Positions 28,791 to 32,000 of a stretch of DNA of 32,000 nucleotides are shown piece by piece. Below the pieces are notes generated by a model. That model saw nothing but the letters and a program-made list of their open reading frames with translations, had not been told where the DNA came from and made no database searches. The translations under genes were made by a program, and so were the position numbers. Source of the stretch: Cylindrospermopsis raciborskii Cr2010 (GTDB lineage: Bacteria > Cyanobacteriota > Cyanobacteriia > Cyanobacteriales > Nostocaceae); assembly GCF_003367075.2 (NCBI RefSeq), contig NZ_CP065936.1, positions 600,001 through 632,000 of the forward strand, in the 5' to 3' direction. Position 1 is the stretch's first letter. Every line of letters begins with the position of its first letter.

Positions 28791-29522
28791 ATGTCATCAG
28801 CTTACCTTTTAGTATCCCACGGTAGTAAGGACTCTCGACCAAACTTAGCCATAGAAGAACTAGCAAGGTTATTGTTTGAGAAACTAAACGCTGGAGAAGA
28901 TCCAGAAAAGCACCTAGTAGGTGTAGGCACTTTAGAATTCAATAGTCAGCCATTAAGTGGACAAATAAAGGATTTTGCCCAAAAGGCTGTAGTTTGTAAT
29001 TGCAAGTCTATTCAAGTCATACCTTTGTTTCTCCTACTGGGGGTCCACCTGATGTCAGATCTTCCCATGGAGGTGAAACTGGCCCAAGATTCTGTAGGGA
29101 ATGACCTCCCCATTAAAATTAAACCATATTTAGGTAGTCATGCCATGATGTGGAAATTATTGGCCGTGGGAATGGCTCAAATATCAGCAGAAGCATTCAT
29201 TCTTTTAGCCCATGGTAGTAGGCGTGCAAATTCTCATCATCCTGTAGAAACCATTGCCAACAATTTAAGTGCATTTAGCGCCTATTGGTCAGTTTCTCCC
29301 AGCTTGGAAGCTAGAGTTATAGACCTGGTGAGTACTGGTTATCAACGGATTGGCATCTTACCATACTTTCTCTTTTCCGGAGGGATTACGGATGAGATTG
29401 TCATTATGGTGGAAAGGTTAACATTAAAATTTCCAGAAATCAAGTTAGAGTTAGCCTCACCTTTGGGAGTAACTTCCCAATTAGTTGATATAATCTGGGA
29501 TTTAGCAATACAAGAGGAATAA
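28791..29522 (+). CDS. Sirohydrochlorin chelatase (CbiX/SirB family)
   Basis: AYLLVSHGSKDSRP and FILLAHGSRRANSHHPVE, the duplicated chelatase His motifs. Confidence 0.85.
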   Translation: MSSAYLLVSHGSKDSRPNLAIEELARLLFEKLNAGEDPEKHLVGVGTLEFNSQPLSGQIKDFAQKAVVCNCKSIQVIPLFLLLGVHLMSDLPMEVKLAQDSVGNDLPIKIKPYLGSHAMMWKLLAVGMAQISAEAFILLAHGSRRANSHHPVETIANNLSAFSAYWSVSPSLEARVIDLVSTGYQRIGILPYFLFSGGITDEIVIMVERLTLKFPEIKLELASPLGVTSQLVDIIWDLAIQEE

Positions 29523-29526
29523 ATTT

Positions 29527-30288
29527 TTGGGTAAGGTGTATTTAGTTGGTGCTGGACCTGGTGATCCAGGACTGATGACTCTCAAGGGTAAGGGTTTATT
29601 AGAACGTGCTAACGTGGTTGTCTATGATGCGTTGGTTAGTCCACAAGTTTTGGACATGATTAGTCCCCAAGCAGAAAAAATAGATGCTGGTAAGCGGATG
29701 GGAAGACATTCACTCTTACAGGAGGAAACTACTCAACTACTTATAGAAAAAGCCCAAGAACATGAAATTGTCGTGCGATTGAAGGGAGGCGACCCTTTTA
29801 TTTTTGGGCGTGGTGGCGAGGAAATGGCTGAGTTGATAGCTGGGGGAATTAGCGTAGAAGTTGTTCCAGGGATTACCGCTGGTATTGCAGCAGCAGCTTA
29901 TGCTGGCATTCCCTTGACCCATCGTCTGTATAGTTCTTCTGTGACATTTGTTACTGGACATGAAGCCATGGGTAAGTACCGACCAGCGGTCAATTGGCAA
30001 GCAATTGCCCAAAGTTCAGAAACTATTGTGATTTATATGGGTATGCACAATCTTCCCTATATCCTGGAACAGTTGATGGGGGTAGGAATGAGTTCACAAA
30101 CTCCTATTGCTTTAGTTCGCTGGGGAACTCGTCTGGAGCAGGAAGAATTAATCGGTGAGTTGGGAACCATTATTCAACAAGTGGCAAAAACGGGATTTAG
30201 CGCTCCAGCTATAGCTGTTATTGGCTCAGTAGTAAAAATGCATGGTGTTTTATCCGTTCATCAGGGAGTTTTGAAACCGTCTAATTGA
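29527..30288 (+). CDS. cobA: Uroporphyrinogen-III C-methyltransferase
   Basis: VYLVGAGPGDPGLMTLKG, VVRLKGGDPFIFGRGGEE, GITAGIAAAAYAGIPLTHR. Start is TTG at 29527 or slightly downstream. Confidence 0.94.
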   Translation: MGKVYLVGAGPGDPGLMTLKGKGLLERANVVVYDALVSPQVLDMISPQAEKIDAGKRMGRHSLLQEETTQLLIEKAQEHEIVVRLKGGDPFIFGRGGEEMAELIAGGISVEVVPGITAGIAAAAYAGIPLTHRLYSSSVTFVTGHEAMGKYRPAVNWQAIAQSSETIVIYMGMHNLPYILEQLMGVGMSSQTPIALVRWGTRLEQEELIGELGTIIQQVAKTGFSAPAIAVIGSVVKMHGVLSVHQGVLKPSN

Positions 30289-31207
30289 TGTTTTCAAAAA
30301 TCACTTTCATTAACTCATCTTGATTGAAGGGTTTACCCAAACAAGCAGTAGCTCCTACTAGTCTAGTTATAATTTTATTGATTAAGTTATTTTTCTTGGT
30401 TACTAGGATTATTGGTATGCCTTTTGAAGAGAACTGTTTGCATAATAATAAACCAATACCATAGCTGCTGAGCTTGGGCATGGTTACATCCAGAATAATC
30501 ATGTCCGGTCTGATGACAGAAACTCCCATCACATCTGGGTCTGTTATATCTATTATGTTAAATATTGTTTGATTTAATAGTTTTCTAATATAGTTTAACA
30601 ATACTATATTTTGACTAGCACAAGCAATTGTATAGGTTGGGGAAAGATTTTGGGGATCCAGACCAGATTCTTCTCGGGAAACATGGATTTCTGATTTGTA
30701 CTTTTGCACCAAGGAATTGACGTTCAAGTGGCAGAATTTGGGTAGGGGATCTAAAAAGCTTTGAGGAATAAATTCATAGCTCCCTTGGTCAATTTCAAAA
30801 AATGATTCTAAAAACTCTAATACTAATTGTTCAATCAGTATCCCTGCCTCTACAAGGCTAATATACTGCTCATCCACTAACCAGCAAATGGCTAAATAGT
30901 CCGCATGGGAAATAGTCTGATTTTGTACACATTGTTCCACAAAATTCTCTAACTGCTCATTAATCCTCATCAGATTAGAATTTTGCCAACTTAACCGCTG
31001 CAAATTTCGATAAATCGGCTCCCAGATGTTTTCTGACCGACTAGCGTAAACAAGGTGACCTTCTTGTAAATATATTGACCAGGTTCCAGAAGGGCTAAAA
31101 ACTTGCAAACAACCGGTGGTAGAGTCGTTGACAATTTTCACTAGTATAGATAGAGGTTGTATTTTTTGAAAAAATCTATATCTATTAATAGGGATAGTAG
31201 TTGACAT
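30281..31207 (-). CDS. PatA-like response regulator with degenerate receiver domain
   Basis: N-terminal effector-like domain (PINRYRFFQKIQPLSILVKIV...GCLQVFSPSGTWSIYLQEGHLVYA) and a C-terminal receiver-like domain (PDMIILDVTMPKLSSYG...CLGKPF). An internal Met at 31207 (MSTTIPINRY) is a plausible start. Confidence 0.78.
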   Translation of the reverse strand: MSTTIPINRYRFFQKIQPLSILVKIVNDSTTGCLQVFSPSGTWSIYLQEGHLVYASRSENIWEPIYRNLQRLSWQNSNLMRINEQLENFVEQCVQNQTISHADYLAICWLVDEQYISLVEAGILIEQLVLEFLESFFEIDQGSYEFIPQSFLDPLPKFCHLNVNSLVQKYKSEIHVSREESGLDPQNLSPTYTIACASQNIVLLNYIRKLLNQTIFNIIDITDPDVMGVSVIRPDMIILDVTMPKLSSYGIGLLLCKQFSSKGIPIILVTKKNNLINKIITRLVGATACLGKPFNQDELMKVIFENIN

Positions 31208-31310
31208 AATTTGTGAGTACGAGTGTAAATACAAAACTTAACAACACCTGTTAATTATTTCCTTTATCTTCTCTCCCCTATTTATAGCAAAATTAGCGTG
31301 GAATTTTGCT

Positions 31311-32000
31311 ATGATTTGCACAGGATGCTGGCAAAATGGCAAGAACATCGCAAATCACTATTCACTAATTGTGGTTAAAATTCATCTTTCTATTACGCAA
31401 AAAACCCAACGATTAGACCGTTATTTGTCATCTGTAATACCAGATCTATCTCGTTCTCGAATTCAAGACCTAATTGAACAAGGTTATGTCCAGGTAAATG
31501 GAAAAGTCTGTTACTCCAAGAATATTACCCTGGATGGGGGAGAATATCTGGAAGTAGAAATTCCCCCAGTGCAAGCTGCTCAACTAGTAGCACAAGATAT
31601 TCCCCTGGATATTCTCTACGAAGATGAACAATTACTAATTCTCAATAAACCCGCAGGTTTAGTGGTTCATCCAGCACCGGGTCATTTGGAAGGTACGCTA
31701 GTTCATGCTCTGTTGGCCCACTGTCCTAATTTACCAGGAATCGGAGGTGTGCAACGACCCGGTATTGTACATAGGCTTGACAAAGATACTACAGGAGCAA
31801 TTGCCATTGCAAAAACAGACATTGCTTACAAACAATTACAATTACAGTTACAATCTAAGATAGCAAGAAGGGAATATTTAGGAGTAGTTTATGGTGCGCC
31901 TAAAAGTGAAAGTGGGACAATAGACCTACCCATTGGTCGTCACCCTCAGCAGCGGAAAAAAATGGCCATAGTTCCAGTAGAGCAGGGAGGTAGAAATGCA
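31311..32000 (+). CDS. rluD: RluA-family pseudouridine synthase (RluD-like), 3' truncated by window edge; start uncertain
   Basis: Manual translation: QRLDRYLSSVIPDLSRSRIQDLIEQGYVQVNGK (S4 domain), then HRLDKDTTGAIAIAK catalytic motif. The ORF runs off the window, so it is absent from the track. Confidence 0.88.
   Translation, partial: MICTGCWQNGKNIANHYSLIVVKIHLSITQKTQRLDRYLSSVIPDLSRSRIQDLIEQGYVQVNGKVCYSKNITLDGGEYLEVEIPPVQAAQLVAQDIPLDILYEDEQLLILNKPAGLVVHPAPGHLEGTLVHALLAHCPNLPGIGGVQRPGIVHRLDKDTTGAIAIAKTDIAYKQLQLQLQSKIARREYLGVVYGAPKSESGTIDLPIGRHPQQRKKMAIVPVEQGGRNA

Noticed and set aside
1-32000. CRISPR arrays, transposases, toxin-antitoxin or phage-defence genes
   Set aside because: No regularly spaced repeats, transposase motifs or recognisable defence domains seen; apart from the intron the window looks like core chromosome.

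Overview
This 32 kb window is a cyanobacterial chromosomal region. The gene content and frequent HIP1 octamers suggest a filamentous Nostocales-like organism, which is inference. Recognisable blocks, left to right: cdaA (5' truncated)-uppS; a Hsp70/J-domain cluster (dnaK, CbpA-like J protein, membrane J protein, DUF3143 protein); crtO-like carotenoid oxidoreductase; glgA; two tandem VWA-domain genes; a three-gene clpP-family cluster with two catalytically degenerate members; a geranylgeranyl-reductase-like gene; rbp-rpsU plus a second short rpsU paralog; an IMPase/CysQ-like and PfkB pair; rsmI; clpB; ribD; mreBCD; ssb; tRNA-His; a sirohydrochlorin chelatase and uroporphyrinogen-III methyltransferase pair; a PatA-like regulator with a degenerate receiver domain; and a 3'-truncated rluD-like gene. 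The strongest unusual finding is that ssb is split by a ~740-nt group II intron with no ORF (26898..27637). It has a GTGCG 5' end, a canonical domain V, an AC 3' end, and candidate EBS1/EBS2 pairings. Exact removal restores a 120-aa SSB frame. The ORF track shows only the 3' exon.
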